A stretch of DNA of 64,000 bases from Trypanosoma brucei (taxonomy: Eukaryota), in contig CM000208.1 of assembly GCA_000002445.1 (NCBI GenBank), positions 3,488,001 to 3,552,000 on the forward strand. The letters are read 5' to 3'. Within the stretch, counting starts at the first letter, position 1. Every line of letters starts with the position of its first letter. Below the pieces are notes generated by a model that saw nothing but the letters and a program-made list of their open reading frames with translations, did not search any database and was not told where the DNA came from. A program made the position numbers and the translations under genes. Positions 53,819 through 64,000 of this stretch are shown piece by piece.

Positions 53819-54274
53819 CCTGATAATGCAAAAAGGTGTGCGATACTTCCTGAGAGAAAAATATATATAGCAGTAAGGAATTATAATTCTTTTTTTTTTA
53901 CAAACTTTAAGAAATGCAAGGGATGGTTGGGAACATTGCCTAATCGAAAGTGCGTGCTAAATATAACGATCGAAAATTGCTCCGTCATAAAAAAGTAATT
54001 AAAACAAAAATAACAAATTTACCGAATGCCCCACGATGGTAACAGCCACACTGTACACCACGCGCTGTGCCCCGTTATTTCCCAGTGAGTTTCTACAGAT
54101 TGCGCTCGTTGCCGCTCATGATAATCGTGACCTTCTTGGCCTTTGCCCTATTTTTTTTCTCTTAAAACAAACATATATCTCATCAAAGGCAGGTTCCCCC
54201 GCGCGCACTGCGTCCGTGATCCCGCACCCTACTGAAAACAGAAGATGACGGTACAACGTACCTCAATGAAATCA

Positions 54275-55198
54275 CTAATTCGATCTGCGCCACTCCACAT
54301 AAATGGGTTTCAGCGCATCCACGCCGGAAAGTACACCAGCGCCAGCGATACCGCGTAGGATGTTTGCACCAGCGCCTCGCATCAGGGACGCAGCTCCCTC
54401 CTGTTTAATCACCTGCAACATACAATCCATCGAGTTCTTGTACTTCACAGCAGCACCTGATGTCATCATCATGCGCCGGCGAACGGTGTCCAACGGGTAA
54501 GAAAGAAGCCCCGCCACAATAGTCACAGCCCATCCAAGGAAGAAGTTTACGATGAATGTGTCCACAGGAAGCATTGGCTGAAGGGTGTCGTAAAGACCAA
54601 AGTAGAAACCACGGTACACAACAATACCAATACAGGATACCACAAAGCCACGATACAACCCAGCGATGCCATCACTCTTCCATGTCTTGACATAGCAGTC
54701 CACAATACCGTTAAATTGGCGCTCCCCACCACCCTTCACAGACTTCGTGTCGTTAGCGAGACGGGTACGGACGTAGTCCAAGGAATACACAAAACAAAGA
54801 GATGCAGCACCAGCGAGACCACCAGATGCCATGTTACCCATAAACCACTTGCCATAGCCATCCTTCTCCTTTTTGTAATTGAACATCCTCTTAAATTTAT
54901 CCTTAAAGGCGAAATTCAGCGCCTGAGTTGGAAAGTAACGCAGAACATTTGACAGGTTACCTCGCCAAAGCGGATACACGCCCTCCGTGCTGATGGTGCG
55001 CCGAAAGCAGTCAACGACACCGTTGTATGGCTTGTCCAGTCGGCCTTGCTTCATCATCTCTCCCTGGTTCTGTACGAGCAGTTTTACTCTTTCGATTGGA
55101 GCAGCCGCCGTCTTGGATAAACCGGCAGCGACACCACCAATCATAAACTCCTCAAGGAACCCAAGTTTGGGGGCCGGTTCCCGCTTTTTATCCGTCAT
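54275..55198 (-). CDS. mitochondrial ADP/ATP carrier, tandem copy 2 (identical)
   Basis: Identical 307 aa translation. Spaced exactly 1380 bp from copy 1. Confidence 0.92.
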   Translation of the reverse strand: MTDKKREPAPKLGFLEEFMIGGVAAGLSKTAAAPIERVKLLVQNQGEMMKQGRLDKPYNGVVDCFRRTISTEGVYPLWRGNLSNVLRYFPTQALNFAFKDKFKRMFNYKKEKDGYGKWFMGNMASGGLAGAASLCFVYSLDYVRTRLANDTKSVKGGGERQFNGIVDCYVKTWKSDGIAGLYRGFVVSCIGIVVYRGFYFGLYDTLQPMLPVDTFIVNFFLGWAVTIVAGLLSYPLDTVRRRMMMTSGAAVKYKNSMDCMLQVIKQEGAASLMRGAGANILRGIAGAGVLSGVDALKPIYVEWRRSN

Positions 55199-55654
55199 CC
55201 TGATAATGCAAAAAGGTGTGCGATACTTCCTGAGAGAAAAATATATATAGCAGTAAGGAATTATAATTCTTTTTTTTTTACAAACTTTAAGAAATGCAAG
55301 GGATGGTTGGGAACATTGCCTAATCGAAAGTGCGTGCTAAATATAACGATCGAAAATTGCTCCGTCATAAAAAAGTAATTAAAACAAAAATAACAAATTT
55401 ACCGAATGCCCCACGATGGTAACAGCCACACTGTACACCACGCGCTGTGCCCCGTTATTTCCCAGTGAGTTTCTACAGATTGCGCTCGTTGCCGCTCATG
55501 ATAATCGTGACCTTCTTGGCCTTTGCCCTATTTTTTTTCTCTTAAAACAAACATATATCTCATCAAAGGCAGGTTCCCCCGCGCGCACTGCGTCCGTGAT
55601 CCCGCACCCTACTGAAAACAGAAGATGACGGTACAACGTACCTCAATGAAATCA

Positions 55655-56578
55655 CTAATTCGATCTGCGCCACTCCACATAAATGGGTTTCAGCGCATCC
55701 ACGCCGGAAAGTACACCAGCGCCAGCGATACCGCGTAGGATGTTTGCACCAGCGCCTCGCATCAGGGACGCAGCTCCCTCCTGTTTAATCACCTGCAACA
55801 TACAATCCATCGAGTTCTTGTACTTCACAGCAGCACCTGATGTCATCATCATGCGCCGGCGAACGGTGTCCAACGGGTAAGAAAGAAGCCCCGCCACAAT
55901 AGTCACAGCCCATCCAAGGAAGAAGTTTACGATGAATGTGTCCACAGGAAGCATTGGCTGAAGGGTGTCGTAAAGACCAAAGTAGAAACCACGGTACACA
56001 ACAATACCAATACAGGATACCACAAAGCCACGATACAACCCAGCGATGCCATCACTCTTCCATGTCTTGACATAGCAGTCCACAATACCGTTAAATTGGC
56101 GCTCCCCACCACCCTTCACAGACTTCGTGTCGTTAGCGAGACGGGTACGGACGTAGTCCAAGGAATACACAAAACAAAGAGATGCAGCACCAGCGAGACC
56201 ACCAGATGCCATGTTACCCATAAACCACTTGCCATAGCCATCCTTCTCCTTTTTGTAATTGAACATCCTCTTAAATTTATCCTTAAAGGCGAAATTCAGC
56301 GCCTGAGTTGGAAAGTAACGCAGAACATTTGACAGGTTACCTCGCCAAAGCGGATACACGCCCTCCGTGCTGATGGTGCGCCGAAAGCAGTCAACGACAC
56401 CGTTGTATGGCTTGTCCAGTCGGCCTTGCTTCATCATCTCTCCCTGGTTCTGTACGAGCAGTTTTACTCTTTCGATTGGAGCAGCCGCCGTCTTGGATAA
56501 ACCGGCAGCGACACCACCAATCATAAACTCCTCAAGGAACCCAAGTTTGGGGGCCGGTTCCCGCTTTTTATCCGTCAT
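55655..56578 (-). CDS. mitochondrial ADP/ATP carrier, tandem copy 3 (identical)
   Basis: Identical 307 aa translation. Spaced exactly 1380 bp from copy 2. Confidence 0.92.
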   Translation of the reverse strand: MTDKKREPAPKLGFLEEFMIGGVAAGLSKTAAAPIERVKLLVQNQGEMMKQGRLDKPYNGVVDCFRRTISTEGVYPLWRGNLSNVLRYFPTQALNFAFKDKFKRMFNYKKEKDGYGKWFMGNMASGGLAGAASLCFVYSLDYVRTRLANDTKSVKGGGERQFNGIVDCYVKTWKSDGIAGLYRGFVVSCIGIVVYRGFYFGLYDTLQPMLPVDTFIVNFFLGWAVTIVAGLLSYPLDTVRRRMMMTSGAAVKYKNSMDCMLQVIKQEGAASLMRGAGANILRGIAGAGVLSGVDALKPIYVEWRRSN

Positions 56579-59500
56579 CCTGATAATGCAAAAAGGTGTG
56601 CGATACTTCCTGAGAGAAAAATATATATAGCAGTAAGGAATTATTTAGCAAAAAATAATTTTTTGCGGTGAGGGTTAATAGTTTAGTAGTTATCGATGAT
56701 GTACTTACAAAAATTCTTTATTATGCTAACATATCTATCTTTCTTTTTGGTGAAAGAAATTTAAGCAGTTATAATTGACTCATGTTGATTCCATATACCC
56801 TTCTTGACGCTGAGTGTTTTTTTAATTTCGTTTATCACCTTTTGCATCTTTTTTTCTTGTAGCCACGGGACACCACCAAAATATTCCTGTTATTACCATC
56901 AAAAGCATTGAGGAAGGACGAGTAATCTACACTATATATGCAAATCTTGGCTCAATGTTGTCATTAGTCATACGGTCCATATGCACCAGACGCGGCTAGT
57001 CGGGCCGAAAAATGCGTGCAATTTTCTCAACCAATCTTTCTGCACGTAGACGCATGCCCTTAAATGTTCGTATATTTACGTATACATGTATATTTGGGGC
57101 ACTTGATATTCGATGCGTTACAAGGAATTCCTTGTTTCCTCTCCGTTTAAATGCCTACGAGAAATGAAAAGTAGATTGGGGGAAATACACACAGCTGCTT
57201 TGCCTAAGTTTTGCCTTGTTTTTCTATATAGTCTAAACAACAATACTTTAATTCATGCCTAAATATCCATTTTTATGTACCTCATTGCAAAAGATGAATC
57301 AATCTGAAGAAAAATAATGTAAATATGAAAGGGATGTGAGAAACCACGCTGACACAGGAAAGTAACAAACAATTTAAGAGGAAGGCACCAAGTGCATGAG
57401 ATAAAATGTTTAGATATAATTTTATATCAAGATGGAGCACACATGCGCAAATGGCAACTACCTCGGTTGGTCAACAAAAACTCTCTTACGGAGAGTGGGC
57501 GACAGAAGTCACTTCTGAGAACCTGAAAACGGGTGAAACAATGCGAAATTGCGCTCATATATACAGTTCCGTGCTCATATGCATACGTTTAATACGTTAT
57601 TCGTTTTTCGTCTCGCTTGTTTTCCAAATTACCGGCACCTACGATGTGTATGAAAGAGAAAGTCAAAAGAACTAAGAAAGAAAAATCCGAAGATGGTCAA
57701 GAGTACTTCGGAATTAAAATCATCGCATAGCGAAACTCAAGCACTTCGGGACCCCCATTTAACAAAGTTCGTGTAGTTGGCCAAGCGACTATCTCAATTC
57801 TGACTATGCCTTCCATACAAATCGCCTTTAATTTTCTTTTCACCTTTTAATATGAAAGTTACCATCAATCTTAGATATAGCAGCATCAGCAGCAAACGGC
57901 ACGTCCAATATATCAAATGACCGATTATTTCTGTTGCACTTAAAATAAAGAACGTCAGTGGTTGTTTCAATCGCAGCAGGACAGATACACGTTTTCTGAC
58001 ACTAGAGCGTCCAGTGAATTAACTACTTCCACCACGCGTGCTTCATTGATCACGATTAGTTAAGTGTGTGTGGGAAAACGGTAACCTTAGGGTTCATGTC
58101 TCCGGTAGCTGAACCTCAAATTTTTCACTTATCACCCACTACACAACTTCACATTTTAAACATAGCCGGTGCTCGCAGAACTATTTCCGTGATCTTCTTT
58201 TTACTATTCTTTCCCTATCACATTGATTCGTAGAATGCGTTTAAGTCACCCCAATGAATAAACTCAAACCTTTCAAGTGTCTTAGAAACCGGAGAGGTGA
58301 TCTCACACCCACGACTACATCCCACTACAGGTGGGGAAATCCTCCTTTTAGGTGCATCTACAACAATCTGAAGATCCAAACCTACCCCCCCCCCCCAAGT
58401 AAAACCCTTATGTGACAAAAACAAGGTCCCTATACGCATCAGAAACTGCATAAACCAAACGATGTACCGCACAAGCTGAAAGTTCTAGCTTTGTACCGAT
58501 ATATCATCGTTACTGTTATAGCAATTAGATCCGTGAAAGAAGTTCAAACTGTATCGAGCGTCAAGAAGTAGCGTCCATAAATGGTAATTATAATAATATA
58601 CGGCCAGTTGTCACCGTGCGAAAACGCAACTCATATATTAGCACCGCTTCCAAGATGGAGATGGTCTGAACATGGGGAACGACCCTGACGGAAAGTATCG
58701 TGAGGTTCCAAAGCCCATCAGGGCTAAACCCCGCAGTCCATATACTCGACTCGGTCACGGGGGTGCATAACGAAATCAGCATCACCACCGTCCGCAACAA
58801 GAAACCCCTGCGGATACCTTTCACAGAGTAAATAAAATTCTCTAAACAAAATTACCTTAGGATGTTGTGTCACAAAAACAAACTAAACCCAGCATCCACT
58901 AGGCCTCTGCACCTTTTCCAGTAATATATCGGATGAATCGGAGCGCTGAGTCGAACGCGGTACTCTAGGTTAGGCATTTCATTTCCTCTCACGGTACCAA
59001 CGCCTCGCTTTTTTTTTATAATTCATTGCTTTGTGGCATGCGAGGCGTAAAGCTCAGCCGCCGCTCTCTTAGAAGCGGTCCTGCCTTCATTAAGACATTT
59101 GGTGTGTCAGCGACATTATCCGTGCTTCTTTCATTGTGAAATCTAACCGTAGTCATAGTAGCAGGCAAATGTCTTCCTCCATTGCCAACAGGACCTCCAT
59201 ATTTATTTTTTATTTAAAAGCCTTTAGTCTGTAAAGTTACGCTGAACTCCTGACAAACAGCAGCACAATGAGTATGATCTAACAATCCACTGGACAGAAC
59301 AGTGGCAGCACGCTCCACATGTCACTCATCGAACAATGACCGAATTTTCCATATTTCTATCTCCTCTAAATTCACATCACCGAGCTCATGTTTTTCTCAA
59401 GCATTACTCAACATGGAAACAAATCCGCTCCACACATCATTTTTTTCTGTTAACGGCGGCAAACAAGCGACAATGATTATTACCCGAAGTCGGTAGTAAA

Positions 59501-60117
59501 AGAGTGTCCATGGCCCTAACGCATAGCTTTTCATGCGACCATCCAGCCTTCCGTACCATAACTGATACCCTTCAGACACTCCAACGGCGATCGAGCACAA
59601 AACTATCCTTGTTCATGCTCCGACACGCATCCGCTGGCAATAACAACCAAATATCTTATTGATAAAACCAGAATTTCCATGAAAAAAGAGATAATCCATA
59701 GAGGAAAGTTGGTTCACCCACTGGCATCGCACTTTCAGATTTTGGTAGGTTGACGCAGTATTACTTCAAACAATCACCAATTCCCTGGACGATACATGCG
59801 TCATTACATTTTATTTTCGAAGTTCCCACATTGGTATAAAGCCACAGTTTTCATTGACCCACCGAACCGAGAAAGAAAATCATTTCGGTACCGCCTTAAC
59901 GATGAACGTTTTTCTCTTTTTTTTTTTTAGCAATGCCCGAAGAAACCTCACTCTTCTATACAGCATTGTTAGCTCCATAGCGGTCGATGAGACTGTGAAC
60001 GCAACGTTTCCCGTAAAGATATCGGCACACGTCCATTTAAAATAATATCAAGTCAGCAGCTGCTGCTGACACTTAAACTCCCGATTCCTTACAAAAAAAG
60101 AGAGGGAAAAGAGAAGT

Positions 60118-60234
<117 letters not shown>

Positions 60235-63200
60235 CCTCGAAAGTGATCACCAAATCGCCAACCCTAATTCCCCATATCCTGCCGGTCCCACGGCGCATCC
60301 GTTGGTTATGCCTCCCTACACACCTGACAAAAAGCAACCACATACCCCTCGAACTTCCTATCTTTGTAGTTTCATGAAGGTTTCCGACCTATCGCCACAG
60401 TTGTTTTACCCCGACCCCAACGAATTATCAACATTGCTGGTGGATCACCATTTTGAAGACTACCCATTCTCGCCGTGAAAGCAGTCCTAATTGTGGATAA
60501 AGCAAGAGAGGGCGCACACCCTGAACCCGCCGGTGACGTGCCTCGTCATGGCTAGCCCTCCCATACCAACGCAGAAACCACAACAGGGGCAGCCGACGCA
60601 TCGGCGCCCACTGAGGAGCGATGCGGCCGCACTGCCTGCTGCTCGTATTGGTCCTCATGAGATAATAAGAGCCACCCCTCCCCGCGCCCCAAAATCAGTC
60701 AGTACACGTGCCTTCGCATTGTTCAATGCAACGCCGCTAATTTAGGTGACGTGACCGCTGGTCCAACGCCCCTGTACAGTTATTCCCCCTCGGCAGTGCT
60801 TATCGCACCCTCGCGGGAGCTTCCCCACGCCGCCGCCGGCGAATGCATCCGGCAGCCCGGCTGTCAGTTGTAGCACGTACCAGAACGCGTTTTCAGTTTC
60901 GTTGCGGCACCATTTCTCCGCAGCACGTAGTGGAAGAAGTGGAAACTCCTCACGCCAGATCCCCTCCATGGCTACCCACGACCATTCCCTACATTGTCAG
61001 CATTTCTAGAGGTATTTTCCGCCTCCTAACCTGGCACTGCTTCTCCCCCATCGTCTTGTTTTCAGGTGATCGCATGCAACCACCCACCGGTTCATCCACT
61101 AGCGTTCTGTTGCAGCCCCTGGGGCGCCGTCGGGTTACCCAGCTCCGCACGGACGCGAAAAGAAACATGATGAAGGGGAGTGGGCGCGGCTCCTCGTCCT
61201 TTTGACGAGAGTACGCGCACTTGGCGGTACCATAACACTACTGGAAGACAATATGCAAACTGCCTCCAATCCCCTATATACCCGTATGATCCCCCCTTCA
61301 ACAACACACTGTCCACGAAAATATTTCAACTACTGGTAACTCAATGGGTGTGGTAACGTTTCATTGAAATCGCCGCACCGGCTTCATGATTCCGACAGCC
61401 TCCAGGAACTTATGCACCTCCTCTCCATGGAGTAAAAGGTCTGATTTAATTGCGCGATGTGAAACGTATGTTGGAAACAATAGTGTTGATGTGAATCTGT
61501 CTGGTGTCCGTGGTTCATCCGTGTGTCGGCCTCCTGCCCCTCAGCTCAAATCTCTCCCCTAAACACGCACTGTGATATGCTCCGTGGCGCCTCAGTGGAT
61601 TGACTATGTGCGTAAACGTTTATTGGCATATTATGTGTCACATATTACTTTCCATCAGTCCTTTAATCTTGACTTAGCATTAACGCTTGCTCATTCGGAG
61701 GAGCCGTATCGTTACAACGGTTCTGCCCCCACATTGTACAGTATCATGGTTTAACTTCCGTCTTGAGGTGAGTGAAAAGCACGTACCGAAGCTGGGCACA
61801 AAGATGCTGTATTAAATTTGTTTCTTCTACTTAACACTTTCTTTAGGGGAAACAATTCTATAAATAATCTCTGCTTTTGTTTGACACTCATTATAACACA
61901 ACGTCGCGAAGTTTCTGCCAGTTCCTACGCCGTGCATGGTGTGCATGATTCCTGGCAGTCAACACTGTGCACCCAATCCTATGACGTGGATGCTGCACTC
62001 CTGTGTTGCAGGCCGCTACGTTCATAGCGGGCGCCATCCTCGTTTATGCTCTATGATACGCCTGCGATGTTATAGCTCAGTTTTTGTGCAGCGGCGAGTG
62101 ACCAGCGGCCACTTTCCCACACATCCCGACTCTCCACGTCGATGCAGATTCTATCGCTATGTCGGCAACCTGAAGTCTATTTCCCCCTTTTCTGCATCTC
62201 GCGTGTCACCATTCCACGTACGTATTGAAACGTTACTTGGAGTACCTTTTGTGCTCCACCAATCTCCGCTCATTCTCCGCCAATGAGAAAGGTGAACGGG
62301 AGCTGCCTAGGGTGTTCCAGTAGCCTGATCACCGCCTTTGTTAGGTTAGATGAAACCAAGTGCTCCCGAAGCCGCAATACAACAATGTACAGACTTCGTG
62401 GTGTGTGAACAATGATGCTTTCTTTCTCTTGTCGCACCACCGGCGCCATGTTACACACAAAGAAACCGTGCTGGACGTTGGAGGTTCCATTTCCGCAGAC
62501 ATGTTAAAAAAGGGAAGGAACTTCATTTTAATTATTAACAAAGGGGTGCCGAGTGCCGTAACTTTTCCATGCCCTATGCTGAACTATCCATTTTTTGAGA
62601 GTGGCTCGTCTAAGCGAGCTGCTGCTCCTCGTTCTGTTGGGAAGGAGGCTGCGGAGAGGGTGGGCGCGTTGCCTCCATGAACTTTACGTATTTATTGCAC
62701 TGTCCTCTGCTTTGGTCCACTTTGTGAAATGCGTCTGAGGCACTCACCAACTCGTCGGTCGTCATATGTTCTCGCAGCGTTTTCTCTGCCATATCCTTCG
62801 GGGAGGCATTGCAGTGAGAGTGCCATGTGGGACGCGGGTCGGAGAAGTGGTTGATGTTGCGGAAGCCTTCGAAGTTATAGCGCAAATGCTCCTCTTCTCC
62901 TTTCGTGCGGCATGATTCTCACACTGAGGCTTCCACTAAGCAGGCTGCAACTCGTCTGCTGACTTTTTGGCTTATTCTTTTCCCATATTTCAGTGTTGAA
63001 GTGTCTCTCTTGCCGCCGTCGGGAATCGAGCACAGTCATATGAAGGCGCTTGCTTCGGCAGCCAAAGGTGGTTCCGTTCAGTATTTGTTTGTGGGGACAT
63101 TTGTCTTCCTTACCTTTTCGGCCACCTCTTTTCCCATGGAGTAAGGCCTCTGGTACTGTTCTGCCCGATAATCTTTGCCCCGTTCGTTCCATCATGAATA

Positions 63201-64000
63201 ATAGTTACAAAAGTGTGTGTCTGTACGGCAGCGGATATTTCTCCAGTCCCCAATCGCTTCGGTTGCTTTTACTCTTTTGAAGCACGGTTCGGAAAGCGGT
63301 AGCTCAGTGCACTTCCATGGAAATAGCGATCACAGACAGGATATCAGTTGTTTGTCTGAGCTGACGTGGGCATGAAACAGTATCATGTGCTGTCTTTTGT
63401 CGGCAGTGACCAAATGTGTCAAGGCGAGCCTCGGGGAATCGTTTTGCTGTTCCTGTTGTGGCTCCTACTTTCCGTGGGGAGGGTAAGCGGAAGCGAGCGT
63501 GTCAGTTCAAGGAATTGAAGAAGGTGCACTGTTACGCGGACAAATTCGCGTCCGGGAATACTCCAACTAACAACCACACACGCACACTGCTCTTCCACCT
63601 GAGGCTGTTACGCCAGTTCCCTTTCAAGTGGCGTTGAGCTGATCAACCTCTGCTGCAGACGAGAAATTGCTCTGAAACAAGGGGCAGGAGACGATCCTTT
63701 CCCTAACCGCCTGTCTCAAAGAGCGATTTGCCTTTCCGGAGGACCTAACCTCATTTCGCTCACTCTTTGGGAGATGAGTCGGGAGTCTGCCTTGGCACCA
63801 CCACTGCAAAGTAGTTTTGACGGGTCTTGCGTCGTCGATGGGTCCGCCTTCGCGTATCTGGAGTCCCTCCGAGGATTCCGCATGTCCGAGTGCAGGTCTG
63901 TGGCGCGCCCCAGGGCGAGTTCATGTGGTGGCGCTGCCGCTGAAGCCTAGTGTTGCTGCGGGTGGTTTGCAGGTGCTCAGTTTTCTTTTCCGGAGGGAGG

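Larger units (their letters stand above)
52717..56643. repeat. perfect tandem array, 1380 bp unit in about 2.85 copies, carrying the ADP/ATP carrier genes and their intergenic regions
   Basis: The sequence from 52717 (ttgcgctcgttgccgctcatgataatcgtga...) recurs at 54097 and 55477. The array leaves identity at about 56643, where ...gcagtaaggaatta is followed by tttagcaaaa instead of taattctttt. Confidence 0.9.

Noticed and set aside
57406-57675. 89 aa plus-strand ORF in the terminal ORF-free region
   Set aside because: It would be the only plus-strand gene. No motif and no codon-usage resemblance to the neighbouring genes, so it is treated as noise.
63290-63330. tRNA-like D-loop string gcggtagctcagtg
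   Set aside because: The surrounding sequence does not complete an acceptor stem or T-arm (no GGTTCGA(A/T)TCC), so it is not a tRNA by inspection.

Overview
The window reads as a trypanosomatid (Trypanosoma brucei-like) chromosome-internal segment. About 30 intron-less genes between roughly 5.5 kb and 56.6 kb all lie on the minus strand, which points to a single polycistronic transcription unit. Protein-level recognition suggests a T. brucei chromosome-10-like locus. The recognised products are a DDX3/Ded1-type DEAD-box helicase, a PEX13 with SH3 and C-terminal TKL, and three tandem ADP/ATP carrier copies. This assignment comes from memory and inspection, not from a database search.

Confidently recognised products are: DDX3/Ded1-like helicase, 60S L17, 40S S2 (two copies), fibrillarin (one full copy and one copy lacking the GAR domain), a Brix-domain protein, MBF1, an EBP1/PA2G4-like M24 protein, three protein kinases (one with a C-terminal CAP-Gly domain), PEX13, an Rtf2-like RING protein, a Qc-SNARE-like protein, a DnaJ protein, a degenerate kinesin with MORN repeats, an RNI-like LRR protein and a TPR protein.

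The most striking structure is a set of nested recent duplications.
- A 3.1 kb block that is more than 99% identical occurs at 20578-23694 and at 36623-39738. Both of its boundaries fall inside genes, leaving a 51-codon J-domain fragment and a GAR-less fibrillarin with ATG changed to GTG.
- The 40S S2 coding sequence is duplicated precisely from stop codon to start codon (15686-16490 and 32528-33332), with unrelated flanks.
- The ADP/ATP carrier forms a perfect 1380 bp tandem array of about 2.85 units.

Both ends of the window, 1-5500 and 56650-64000, are free of credible ORFs and low in complexity. The 3' end is a candidate strand-switch or transcription-boundary region containing a (CT)n(GT)n microsatellite. 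The 5' end contains a perfect 21 bp inverted repeat. The supplied ORF track translates several ORFs from GTG, TTG or CTG codons, so N-termini were re-set to the first in-frame ATG where that could be read from the sequence.
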